Part shown: positions 1 to 11,529 of the stretch, piece after piece
Position numbering within the stretch: the stretch's first letter is position 1
Layout of the letters: every line of letters begins with the position of its first letter
Source: Mobula hypostoma
Taxonomy: Eukaryota
DNA: 64,000 nucleotides
NCBI RefSeq assembly: GCF_963921235.1
Contig: NC_086097.1
Location: 235,416,001-235,480,000, forward strand
Direction of reading: 5' to 3'
Notes under the pieces: model-generated
Database searches by the model: none
What the model was told of the DNA's origin: nothing
Seen by the model: only the letters and a program-made list of their open reading frames with translations
Made by a program: the position numbers and the translations under genes

Positions 1-439
1 CAAAAGTTAGCATACAGTTGAAAACTCTGGAAAAAATAGGTTAGGGCTTATTCTTATCTGAGTTATTACATAAAACTTGTAGGTTTTTTTTCCCTGAATC
101 ATGAGTCAACCCACTCATTCTGATGTCACAATTGCTTGCAGGTTAGTCTGCATAAGTTACTGAAGTGCTAGGCAATTGCTCCTGATCTTGTTCATTTGGC
201 TACATGTGTCCTTTAGCACAAGCATAAATTCAGGATTATGTAGCTAATGCACTGTGTGCCTGGTAGACAACCAAACTGCCTCTCAATTCAGCTGGTCCTT
301 CATCAGAATTTAGGTATGGTCCTGGGATACCTCAGTAAAAGCCTTTAAGGACTTCAAAGCACCCATAATGACTGAAATCTCAAAACTCAGGAGTAAGTGC
401 AGTGCCTAGCATTCTATCAGCAGCTAAGAAAATACACAT

Positions 440-1215
440 GGCTGAATTCTTTTTCCTGCGGGCATACTTAGCAAATCTATAGAACAGTATCTGTAAACAG
501 AATCAAAGAACACAAACACTGCAAATGCAAATATAACTAAATAGCAATAAATGATGAGAATGAAACAACAAGATAAAGAGTCCTTAAAGTGAGACCATCA
601 GTGTGGGAACACCAGATGAGTGTTGCTATCTTCTTTTGCCAGAGCCTGATGGTTGAGGGGTAGTAACTGTTCTTAAAACTGGCGGTGCGAGTCGTGAGAC
701 ACTTGCACCTTCTACCTGATGGCAGCAGTGAGAAGAGAGCATAGCCTGGTTGGTGAGGATCTTTGATGATGGATGCTATGGCAGCGTTTCATACAGATGT
801 GCTCAAGAGTTGTGAGGGCTTTACCCATGATGTACTGGGCCATATCCACTACCTTTTGTAGGATTTTTCACTCAAACGCATTGACGTTCCCATACCAGGC
901 CATAAAGCAGGCAGTCAGCACACTTTCCACCACACCTCTTTCAAAGTTTGCCAAGGTTTTTGGTAGCATGACAAATCTCTGCAGATTCCTGAAGAATTAG
1001 AGGTGCTGTTGTGCCTTGTTTACAAGAATATTTATATGATGGGTCCAGGGCAGGTTCTTTGAGATAGTGACAGCCAGGAATTTAAAGTTACTGAGCCTCT
1101 CCACCACAGATCCTCTGATGGTTACCGCTCATGGACCTTTGGTTTCCCTCTCCTGAAGTCTACAATCAGTTCCTTGGTCTTGTTGACATTGAATGAGAAG
1201 TTGTTGTTATTACAG
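440..1215 (-). mobile_element. Decayed Rex1/Babar-type LINE 3' fragment
   Basis: Similar to the RT C-terminal and 3' UTR region of the clearer copies at 16.8-17.9 kb and 30.7-31.4 kb; contains stops and frameshifts. Confidence 0.7.
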
Positions 1216-1254
1216 TACAGATTCTGTGTATGTTTGAAACATGATAAATAGAGA

Positions 1255-1620
1255 CTCAATATGCTGCAACTGTGAGTCTGTTAAGTAAGGAAGATAATAA
1301 ATGGAACCACATAAGAGAGGGGTTTGGGCAGATGGAACCAGTTGGGGAAGGGAATGTAAAGTGAGTGAGGGGGAACTGGGATGGGGGTGGGATAAACAGG
1401 GTCAATCAGAAGGAGAGAGAAAGAAGCAAAGAGTTTATCTGAAAGTGGAAAAATCACTATTCAGCCCATTGTGTTGTAAACTACCCAGGTGGAATATGAT
1501 GTTCTGTTCATCTAGAAATTTGGCCTCACAATAGAGAAGGGTGAGAATGGACAGGTCAGTATGGGAATGGAAAGTGTGGGGTGGGGGGTGTTGAAATGGC
1601 ATTCAAATGGCAGCCAAAAG
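1255..1620 (-). mobile_element. Degenerate Penelope-like element 3' end/pseudo-LTR
   Basis: Purine-rich tract followed by a match to the PLE ORF end seen at 15313-15480. Confidence 0.55.
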
Positions 1621-2257
1621 AAGCTATTGTGGACAGTCCCTGTGACAGCAATGTGTCCTCAGGGGTCACCATTTAATTTGAAGACCTACCTGGCCAGCTG
1701 CGGAAGGAGAAAGTCTCTCTTTCGCTTGACCAGGTTGAGAGCTACAGTAGAAACTCAAGTACCCATTCTCATGTGCACACTGTCCTAGCATCCAAGAGGT
1801 TCTATGTTCTTCTGGCAATACATTTACTGTGCATTAATTAGTAACAGAGCATGGGTCTTACTCAAGGGAACAAAGTACAAACATTGGCAGGTTATCACAA
1901 TTGACTGAGTGGTGATTAATTAGAAAATGATGCTGAAAATAAGGAATTATGTATTTTGTTAGAAATTACCCTGTGCTTAAATTTTCCCAGAAGTTTTGAA
2001 CAGTTTAATTATTAAAACATCCACTACTATAAACAATCAATGAATTTATTTTAGGATTAAGAGATCTCCTTCATTTCCTATTCTTCTATTATTAAAAAAG
2101 TAGTTTAAAGTTAGTTTCTATGTATTTTTCAAAACCATAGTGACAGGATTATTAAATTATGAATCTGCATTCCTGAAGGCATAAAACTATCAGGGCAATT
2201 CCACCAAAATATTGAAAGAATTTAGGTTTAAGATGCAAATCCTGTGGCTGATTATTA

Positions 2258-3511
2258 CCGTAAATTCCGGTGTATAAGCCGAGAATTTGACCCTAAATTT
2301 TGGTCCTAATATTAGGGGGTCGGCTGATACAGAGGGTGCCAACTTTGGAAAAACAAATACATGGAAGATAGATTGTATTTATTGGCTGTTTTTGAGTCAA
2401 ATTCGTTCCACTGTCGACGCATGAATTCTTTGAATGGTTTGTTTAAACTCACATTTAGTGGCTGGAGCATGGACATGAAACCACCGGGGATGACTGCAAT
2501 GTCTGTATTTTCAGCTTTCAATGCTGCTTTTGTCTCACCTGACAAGTGCGCTTTGAACATGTCCCAGACAAGTAGCAACTTTTTCTTCCCAAAACCTTCG
2601 GGACGTCGACGCCACACTCTTTAACCCACTTCAAGCAACCCGCTTCGTCCATCCAGCAGCGTTTTTGAATGTAAACAACAACACCCCATGGGAATTTTCT
2701 GAGCAATCTTTGTTTTCTGTCTCAACACAAGATCACGTCTATTCATAAATTGGGTGCACCAACTTTGCGTAGCTTAGAATTTTCGCTGACCTCACGATGT
2801 TTTTCATCCCATTTCAACGCTTGAACTCGAATCATTTCTCTGGTAACAATGTATCCAGACGATCGATGGTGATTCATCCACTATAAAACTTTTTCTTCCA
2901 GTTCTGGCCACTGGCATATTTTCCCGCGGTTTGCACATTTCATCTTTGGCATTTCCCTCAGCGTGTCCTCTGCCTTTCTCCACTCTCTCATTTGTTTCTT
3001 GTTTACACTAAACTTCTTAGCGGCTGCAGAATTATTCACTTTTTTAGCAAAATCAACAACTTTCAGCTTGAAGCCAGCATCATATCGCATTCATTTTAAT
3101 CTTTTGTACATGGTGGTCGCAAACTCAATACTGAGCACACGTACTGATCCCGCCACCCCGTGTCATGTTTTAACCAGATTACAATGGGTGATACATGATT
3201 TCACGGGGGTTACATTTCAGAGGATTCTTTACCATTGGAGACCTAATCCAAAATTTCCCTCCCTGATTTATTTATTAAGAATTCACCTATAACGCTCTAC
3301 AATGTGCAGGCCTATTTTCTTAGCAGGTACTGGTTCACAAAATTTCCAGGTTCCGGATCTGGCAAAGCTGAGTACCAGCCTGTGAGATCTTGTGATCTTT
3401 TCTGGTTAAATCAAAAACCTCTACAAAATGGGTCGGCTTATACAAACGTAACATGAAAAAGTCACTTTTTTAACCTTGAAAATGAGGGGTCGGTTTATAC
3501 TCCGGAATATA
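2258..3511 (-). mobile_element. pogo/Tigger-family DNA transposon, internally deleted
   Basis: TA then CCGTAAATTCCGGTGTATAAGCCGA at left, with its inverted counterpart TCGGTTTATACTCCGGAATATA at ~3490-3511; ORF pieces MRYDAGFKLKVVDFAK (Brinker-type HTH), WMDE, and LLVWDMFKAH..IPGG..LQPLNVSLNKPFK (DDE_1). Confidence 0.88.
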
Positions 3512-3890
3512 CTTTACTTCATTGTCACCAAACAATTGATACTAGAGCATACAATCATCACAGCAATATTTGATTCTGTGCTTCTCACTCCCTGGAGTAC
3601 AAATCGATAGTAAATAGTAAAAATTTAAATTATAAATCATGAATAGAAAATAGAAAAGGGAAAGTAAGGTAGTGCAAAAAAAAACCGAGAGGCAGGTCCG
3701 GATATTTGGAGGGTACAGCCCAGATCTGGGTCAGGATCCGTTCAGCAGTCTTATCACAGTTGGAAAGAAGCTGTTCCCAAATCTGGCCGTACGAGTCTCC
3801 AAGCTCCTGAGCCTTCTCCCGGAGGGAAGAGGGATGAAAAGTGTGCTGGCTGGGTGGGTTGTGTCCTTGATTATCCTGGCAGCACTGCTC
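3512..3890 (-). mobile_element. LINE (Rex1-like) 3' tail fragment
   Basis: 3' UTR-type sequence plus the ORF end with an LPSGRR-like motif on the minus strand. Confidence 0.6.
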
Positions 3891-3989
3891 TAAAAGTGGT
3901 ATATTTTCCCGAGGTTAATGTACAACTTTCCTCCAAGAGGTCCACAGCTATGTCACAGGATTTGGAGGCTTCTATGCATTAATGGCCTG

Positions 3990-6900
3990 GAGTGTCATCT
4001 TGACTGGAGTCAGGATCTTGCTCTTTGACTCTTGGCAGTGTTACTCATGCCAAATAGGTAAAAGGGTAGAGGGCAGTTAAAGAGTGGTCCACAGGTCCTC
4101 CAGGTTCGGGGGTTCAGCTCAGGGCTAGTAACCCTGACTGGTAAAATAAATATTATGGAAACAACAATGAAGAATCCTGCAATATCTGTGAGCGATCGTA
4201 GTTCTGAGCCTCCACCTGGGATTTGCATGGCTGACAATGGTGAAAACCGAGAGGAAGCTGCTGGCAAGATGAAGAAAGCTAAGATCAAAACCAAAATTAG
4301 TATTTGGAGCATACAAACCATGTACAACACTGACAAGCTAACACTAATATCTGCAGAAATGCACCGTTACAACCTACATATACTGGGCATCAGTGAAGGC
4401 AGATGGACAAGGTCTGGTGGACAAAAGGCAGCAACTGATGAAGCAGTTTTATGCTCAGGAAGGGAAGATAATCAGCATCATAATAGTGTGGCTGTCATTT
4501 TGGAGAAAGGCATCGGAAAGTACTTGCTGGACTGGAAACCAATCAACAGTAGGCTGATGAGAGTCAAGCTGAAAGGGAAACATGTGAACATGACTGTGTT
4601 ACGCTCCAAGTAACGACAGTGACATTAAAGGAAAGGACACCTTCTATGAACAAGAGGGGTAGAGTTAATACCACACCATACTATAATCATCATCATGGGA
4701 GATCTAAATGCCAAAGTAGGAAATAACATCTCACACTTCACTGGGGTCATGGGCATGGAAATTGAACGATGAATAACAATGGTGAGAGACTGGTGGAATC
4801 CTGTGCCATGAACAATCTGGTCATAGGAGGGACTTTCCTTCCACACCATGGAATTCACAAACTGACATGGTGCTGACCCAATGATTGGCCATTTAATGGT
4901 CAATGGTACGTTGAGACGATCCTTGTGGGATGTAAAATTGAAGAGAGGAGCAGATACAGGAAGTGATCACCACCTTGTAACACTCATGAAACTCAAGCTG
5001 AGAAGTACTGGGACCAAAACACATGTACAAACATATTTTGATGTTGAGAATCTCAAAGATGCCAGTTGAGATCTGCCTTCACCATTCAGCTGAAGAACAG
5101 ATTCAAGGTCTTGCAAGACCTTGATGAAGATATGTCAGTAGACAACATTGACACAATGTTTCTCAGCCTTCAAGGAGAACAGTGAGGCTTGTCTAGGATA
5201 CAGAGCTGGAAAGAACAAAGAACGGATACAGCAGGAAACATGGATGGTCTTATAAGAAAGATAGAAAATTAAAAACAAAGTGTTAGATGCAAAATCAGCA
5301 TGAATTAACATGAAACTTGAATTAGCACACGCTGAAGCTAACAAAAAAGTGAAAAGACTTGAAAGAAAGGATAAGAGAGGCTACATGGAAGACTTTGCAG
5401 AGGATGTTGAAGCAGTATAGCCAATTGAGGTGATCTGGAAAAGATTTCAAAATTGGTATGTGGCAAATTCCAGACGCGATCCAATAGTCCCATGAGAGAT
5501 AGGAACGGTTTGCTTTTGACAACTGTGAAAGAACAAGAGGCGTGATGAACAGAGTATTTCAGAGAATTACTGAATAGACCACCACCAGATGAAGAACCTG
5601 ACATAAGAGAGGCTGCAGAGGACCTTGCCATCAACACAGATCCACCCAAGAAAGAAGAGACTGTTGCTGCTATTAAATCATTAAAGAACAGCAAAACCCC
5701 AGGACATAACAAGTTGAACACCGGACCGTTCAAAGCCAAGCCAAAAGTGGCAGCAGCCATCCTGCAACCACTATTCACTATAATCTGGGAATAGGGGCAA
5801 GTACCCAAGAACTGGACATAAGGAGTTATTCCAGACAGAAGAAATCTGCAGATGCTGGAAAGCCATAAACATAAAATGCTGGAGGAACTCTGCAGACCAG
5901 GCAGCATCTATGGAAAGGAGTAAGTCTCAAAGTTTTGGGCTGAGACCCTTCATTAGGACTGGAAGGAAAATGAGAAGTCGAAGTAAGAGGGTGGGGGGAG
6001 AAGATAGGTGCAACTGGGAGAGGGGGAGGGGTGAAATAAAGAGCTGGGAAATTGATTGGTAAAGGAGATAAAGGGCTGGAGGAGGAGGAATCTGATAGGG
6101 CAGAGTAGAAGGCCATAAAAGAAAGGGAAGGGGGTGACCACCAGAGGGAGGTGGTGGGCAGGTAAGGAGGTGAGGTGAGAGAGGGAGACAGGAACAGAGA
6201 GTGATGAAGGGCGGGGCAATTACCTGAAGTTCAAGAAATCGATGTTCATGCCGTGAGGTTGGAGGTTACCCAGACAGAATGTAAGGTGTTACTCCTTCAG
6301 CTTGAGTGTGGCCTCATTGTGGCATTTGAGGAGGCCATGGCTGACATGTTGGAATGAATGTCAACCTGGTGATTGACTGGGTTATGAGGCAAACAACGAA
6401 AGATTAAAGGAGTTTTTGTTAGGATCTCCAAGGAAGGAGCACTAAGTGATTGCAACAACTGGTGTGACATCACACTTTTGTCAGTGCCCAGCAAGATTCC
6501 CATCAGAGTCATTGTCCGATGGATTACTGATGCTGCTGATGAGTGCTTCAGGAAAGTGCAAGCTGGCTCAGGAAGAACAGAGACTATGTCGACCAGATCG
6601 TCATGCTGTATGACATCATAGAACACTAAATAGAGTGGCAGAGAAAACTTTATCTGAATTTCGTGGATTCTGAAAAGACTTTTGATAGCATCCACAGGGA
6701 GAGCCTCTGGCGAATTCTCAGATCATATGGAATCTCTTCCAAAATTGTCCAGCTTATCCAGAGTTTCAATGCTAACTTCAGCTGCACAGTTGGGGACTGC
6801 AATTTGAGCTTTGAAGTGAAAACAGGAATCAGGCAAGGTTTTGTGATGTTGGTGATATTGTTTAACCTGGTGATTGCCTAGACTATGAAGCAAACAATGA

Positions 6901-7046
6901 AAGAAAAGCCAAGAGACTTTAAGTGGACCCTGTTCTCTACTTTCGAAGACCTTGACTTTGTGGAGGACCTCACATTACTATCACATACACACCAGCACAT
7001 GCAAGAGAAAACTCAGCATCTCTGTACCTTTGGTGGACAGGTTGGA
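3990..7046 (+). mobile_element. RTE-clade LINE, 5' part (APE endonuclease to RT), 3' truncated
   Basis: ORF remnants HILGISEGRW, GSDHHLV, DSEKTFDSIHRESLW, GIRQG and LDFVED; stops at ...LCTFGGQVG, where RNF213 sequence begins. Confidence 0.9.
5836..6360 (-). mobile_element. Penelope-like pseudo-LTR fragment inserted in the RTE
   Basis: AATCTGCAGATGCTGGAA terminus, degenerate hammerhead core, purine tract and GIY-YIG ORF end. Confidence 0.75.
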
Positions 7047-8690
7047 TACCTGCAGTGCTATCTGTCTGAAGTTCAAAAAACAAATCTTGGTCAAGAAAAT
7101 GAGACTGCACTCTATGCAACACACACAAAATGCTGGTGGAACGCAGAAGGCCAGGCAGCATCTATAGGAAGAAGTAAAGTCAAAGTTTCAGGTTGAGACC
7201 CTTCATCAGGTCTAATGGAAAAAAAGAGATAGTAAAAGATTTGAGAGTGGGAGGGGGAGTGGGAGACGTGAAATAACAGGAGAAGACAGGAGGGGGAGGG
7301 ATGAAGCCAAGAGCTGGGAAGTTGACTGGCAGAAGGGATACAAGGCTGGAGAAGGGAGAGGATCATGAGATGGAAGGCCTTGGAAGAAAGAAAGGGGGAG
7401 GGGAGCACCAAAGGAAGATAGAGAGCAGGCAAGGAGTTATTGTGAGAGGGAGAGAAAGGGGGAGAGAGGGAGACAGAGAGAGAGAGAGAGAGAGATAAGT
7501 AGGGATGGGTTAAGAAGGGGAGGAGGGGCATTAACGGAAGTTAGAGAAATCAAAGTTCATGCCATCAGATTGGATGCTACCCAGATGGCATATAAGGTGT
7601 TGTTCCTCCAACCTGAGTGTGACTTCACCTCGACAGTAGAGGAGGCCATGGATTGACATATCAGAATGGGAATGGGACGTGGAATTAATATGTGTGGCCA
7701 CTGGGAGATCCTGCTTCCTCAGGCGGACAGAGCGTAGGTCTGTCAACACCCTATATTCCGTTGGGTAGCCTCTAACCTGATGGCATGAACATTGATTTCT
7801 CTAACTTCCGTTAATGCCCCTCCTCCCCTTCTTACCCCAACCTTATTTATTTATTTATTTATTTATTTTTCTATCTATCTCTCTCTCTCTTTCCCCTCTC
7901 AAAATAACTCCTTGCCTGTTCTCCATCTTCCTCTGGTGCTCCCCTCCCCCTTTCTTTCTTCCAAGGCCTTCCATCCCATGATACTCCCCCTTCTCCAGCC
8001 TTGTATCCCTTTTGCCAATCAACTTCCCAGCTCTTGGCTTCATCCCTCCCCCTCCTGTCTTCTCCTATCATTTTGCATCTTCCCCTCCCCTCCCACTTTC
8101 AAATCTCTCACTATCCCTTTGTTCTGTTAGTCCTGACGAAGGGTCTCGACACAAATCGTTGGCTGTACTTCTTCCTATAGATGCTGCCTGGCCTGCTGCG
8201 TTCCATCAGCATTTTGTGTGTGTTGCTTGAATTTCCAGCATCTGTAGCTTTTCTTGTGTCTGCACTCTATGCACTGTTTCTGAATTGTTTGGAGGATTTT
8301 ATGTATGAAAAATCCAAGTTGTGCACAGTGCAAGAAAAGATTGCGTACCTGGCTCCAGAGGGAGATTTCCTTCAGACGCACATTCAGCACAAGTGTGAAA
8401 ATACAACAATAGAAACCTTACAGTTTGTTGCCAGAATTCACCTCTGTTTTGATGCTGTTTCCCTACTTCTCTGTGCAAAACAAGACACATTGGCTGAGAA
8501 TTCAAAATATGTATGTGCAAATGAAACTTCCCTGCAAAGGATTAAGTGTATGATTCTCAATGGAGGAAATGATTGGTTCAAGATTTACCTTGTGCAAAAG
8601 CTGTTCTGTTTGAATGGAATTGATTTTGTCCAAGAGCTTTTAAGGGATGACCAATTTTCATGGATCTTTCCCAAGGAGATTGTTCAGGAG
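7044..8690 (+). pseudogene. RNF213: RNF213 (mysterin) processed-pseudogene fragment, E3 region, split by a Penelope insertion
   Basis: Joining 7044-7118 to 8274-8690 gives YLQCYLSEVQKTNLGQENETALYALFLNCLEDFMYEK..EGDFL..IETLQFVARIHLCFD..NDWFKIYLVQKL..GIDFVQEL..WIFPKEIV. This matches recalled human YIQEYL..KTELYMLFINCLEDSILEK..EGRFL..VEYLQEVARIRLCLD..NDWHRVYLVRKL..GMEFVQGL..WVFPKDVV; continuous, with no splice sites at the ends. Confidence 0.85.
7119..8259. mobile_element. Penelope-like insertion with inverted pseudo-LTR arms
   Basis: Minus copy ~7116-7740 (VATHINSTSHS..LRLEEQHLI) and plus copy ~7750-8259; 14-bp TSD CTGCACTCTATGCA at 7105-7118 and 8260-8273. Confidence 0.92.
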
Positions 8691-9344
8691 AAGTCGGAGA
8701 TGCTGGTCTTTTCAGAGATTTAAGCTTTTTGAGAGTTCGCAGATCTTCCATTATCTATTCATCTGTTAACAAGTAATTTGACCACGCAGATCCAGGTTTT
8801 CGTCTTTTGTCTGTAATTGGAACAGGGTAATTAGGTCTCCTCCTTAGTTTCCTGTCATTATTGGCTTTACCTCCATAGAATCTCCTGTGAGTTCCATTGT
8901 TAGCCTCTCATTCTCAATCATCATTTTCTTTTCTTCTAACTCAATCTTTTTGTCTTCAAATTCCTTCACTGCTGCTTTTGTCTCTTTAATATAATTCCTT
9001 TCCACTTGTTCTGTCTCCAGTTGCAGAAAAAGCTCTGCATTTCATATTCTTTTCTTGTATTTTTGACCTAGTTTCTTCATCCTTTTCTGATACTCCTGCA
9101 AAGTGCCTTCCTGTAATCTTTTGAAGATGTCAATTTCTCCTGGTACATCTGCTATTTTACTTCCAGGTCATGTTCATCATCCTGCTTATTGGCAATATCT
9201 GTCTCCCTTTCATCCTCTATATCTTCACCTGAGTCACGGCCACGGATAATGCATTCATCCTCATCGTCGACGCTGTCTAGCTCCTCCTTGTCGTTGTACT
9301 AGTCGACAATGGGTGAGAGGAGAGCTGCGGACATCTTCCCCGCC
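8681..9344 (-). pseudogene. SUDS3: SUDS3 (Sin3/HDAC subunit SDS3) processed pseudogene, 3' truncated
   Basis: From ATG at 9334: [127 protein letters not shown]. Near-identical to recalled SUDS3; intronless, with stops and frameshifts. Confidence 0.93.
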
Positions 9345-9514
9345 AAGCTGCCCTCCTTTGTTGACACATCTAGTGCCTTGATGGTGTGCCAATCCAGCTG
9401 GGTTTTTCTGAGCCATTCATGTCCCAGCAATGGTGGTCCTCCATTTTTCAGTACATAGAGGTTCAGTTGCTCTGTTTTATCTCCTTAGGTCATTGTGGCT
9501 TTACTCTTACCCTT

Positions 9515-9770
9515 ATAACCATATAACCATCTAACAATTACAGCACGGAAACAGGCCATCTCGGCCCATCTAGTCCATGTCGAACTCTAACTCTCATCTA
9601 GTCCCATCTACTTGCACTCAGCCCATAACCCTCCATTCCTTTCCTGTCCATATACCTATCTAATTTTTTACTAAATGACAAAATCGAACCTGCCTCTACA
9701 CTTCTGCTGGAAGCTCGTTCCACACGGCAACCACTCTCTGAGTAAAGAAGTTCCCCCTCATGTTACCTTT
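9515..9770 (-). mobile_element. CR1 LINE 3' end (~255 bp)
   Basis: GGGAACTTCTTTACTCAGAGAGTGG (NFFTQRV motif), CR1 3' UTR and a (TGGTTATA)n-like terminal repeat. Confidence 0.9.
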
Positions 9771-11529
9771 TTTTTAAAATGAAATTTTCATTTACAAAAG
9801 TTTAAAAGCACAGGCCACTGCTCAGAATTCAAACAAAGGCAAAGCGCAGAGGGACCAAGTGAAAGTACAGTAATTCAAAAGTCTGGAATTTTATACACAT
9901 TATTAGTAAACAATCATTGTGATAGTTATGGAAAACATAGTCCAAGCTTTACATTGTTCCCTTTTGCCACATTTGTATAGTTCATATTTTTTCCAGCTTT
10001 GATTGATCATATTTTTCTTATCGTACAGCTCGTCATCAGTTGCATTAATAGTAGGGATACAAGTGCACTTATGCAGAATGCCCTGTCAAGACCAACCAGC
10101 GATGGCAATGTCCAATCAAATCAGAAGTGAAAACCAATGTGGGCTCTACACCCTCTCCGAAGTAGGTCTCATTTGCCTTTTCCGAATTTTATTCCGAATG
10201 TCAGTCTGTGAAGGCAGCCTAATTATGTCCTTGTTTTTGCTGTAAATATTCAGGAACGTTCAGTTCGATGGCTCTTCTTCGGAGGTCTTCAACATCCGCT
10301 GCAGTGTGAAGCAGGGCTGTGTGCTTGCCTCCACCATGTTTGGCATCTTCATCACAGTCATGCTGAAGCACACCTTTGGAACATCAACTGATGGTGTCTA
10401 CTTCCACACCAGATCGGACCACATCAGTCTGTCCCCGCTGAGGGCAAAAACCAAGGTTCATGAAGTGCTCATCAGGGACGTGTTGTTTGCAGACGATGTG
10501 GCACTGGCAACACACTCTGAAGAGCAACTGCAATGCCTCATGGACAGCTTCTCAAGAACCTGCCAGGACTTCAGCTTGACCATCAGCCTGAAGAAGACCA
10601 ACGTGTTGGGCCAAGGCGTTGAGCACCCCCCGCCATTACCATCAACAACTATGAGCTGGAGAGTAGTTCATGAATTTACATACCTTGGCTCCACCATCAC
10701 GGACAGCCTCTCCCTAGACCCCGAGATCAATAGACGGATTGGACAAGCAGCCTGAGCATTCGCCAGGCTGAAAAAGAGAGTCTGGGAGAACAGAAAGGTG
10801 ACGATGCACACCAAGGTTGCAGTCTACAGGGCCTGCGTCCTCAGCAAACTGCTTTACGACAGCGAGACCTGGAGCCTATATTACAGACAAGAGCGCCGTC
10901 TCAACGCCTTCCACCTTCTCAGCCTGAGATGCATCCTGGACATCACGTGGACTGACCGAGTCACCAACAATGAAGTCCTGGCCTGCGCCCAGATACCCAG
11001 CCTCTTCACCCTGCTCCAACAATGCCGTCTCCGCTGGCTGGGCCACGTACACCGCATGACGGGAGGATCCCGAAGGACCTGCTGTACGGGGAACTGGCCT
11101 CCGGCGAGAGAGCACAAGGGCAGCCCCATCTTCGTTTCAGAGGTGTTTGCAAGAAAGACATGGAGTCACTGAAAATGAACGTCGAGAGGTGGGAGGACAT
11201 CGCAAGCGATCACTCTCACTGGAGGCTGGAACTACGCAGAGGTCTAAAAAGAGGAGAGGAGAAGCTGAGGCTTGCTGCTGAAGAAAAGCGCACTCGTCGG
11301 AAAAACAGCACCAAGACAACACTGGACGACAGCGCCTTCAAGTGCAGTCGCTGCAGCCGAGACTGTCACTCCCGTGTGGGCCTCCACAGCCACAACAGAC
11401 GCTGCTCTAACACAGACTGAAGCAAGACTTTCCAGGCACAGATCCATGGTCTCGCGAGACTAACAGATGCCACCATTCAGGAAGATACCAATGAGGACCA
11501 GAAGACCTGACCATATATAGTGCAAAGTA
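9768..11529 (-). pseudogene. SLC35B3: SLC35B3 (PAPST2) 3'-end retrocopy: last ~50 codons plus 3' UTR, split by an RTE
   Basis: Removing the RTE gives TLHYIWSGLLVLIGIFLNIYSKNKDIIRLPS..SERV* (TAG at 10148-10146), matching recalled human TFQYVWSGLLVVLGIFLNVYSKNMDKIRLPS; then ~370 nt of UTR-like sequence and A8. Confidence 0.88.
10257..11474 (+). mobile_element. RTE (BovB-like) LINE, 5' truncated
   Basis: KQGCVLAS..LFADD..YLGS, LRWLGHVHRM and a C-terminal CxxC..H..C finger; 9-bp TSD ATTCAGGAA at 10248-10256 and 11475-11483. Confidence 0.95.

Noticed and set aside
8181..8723. 180-aa ORF as a functional gene or exon
   Set aside because: Its start lies in the Penelope tail and its last residues are antisense SUDS3; only 8260-8690 is RNF213-like.
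8700..9340. Initially read as an L1 ORF1 coiled coil
   Set aside because: The translation matches SUDS3 nearly residue for residue over long stretches.
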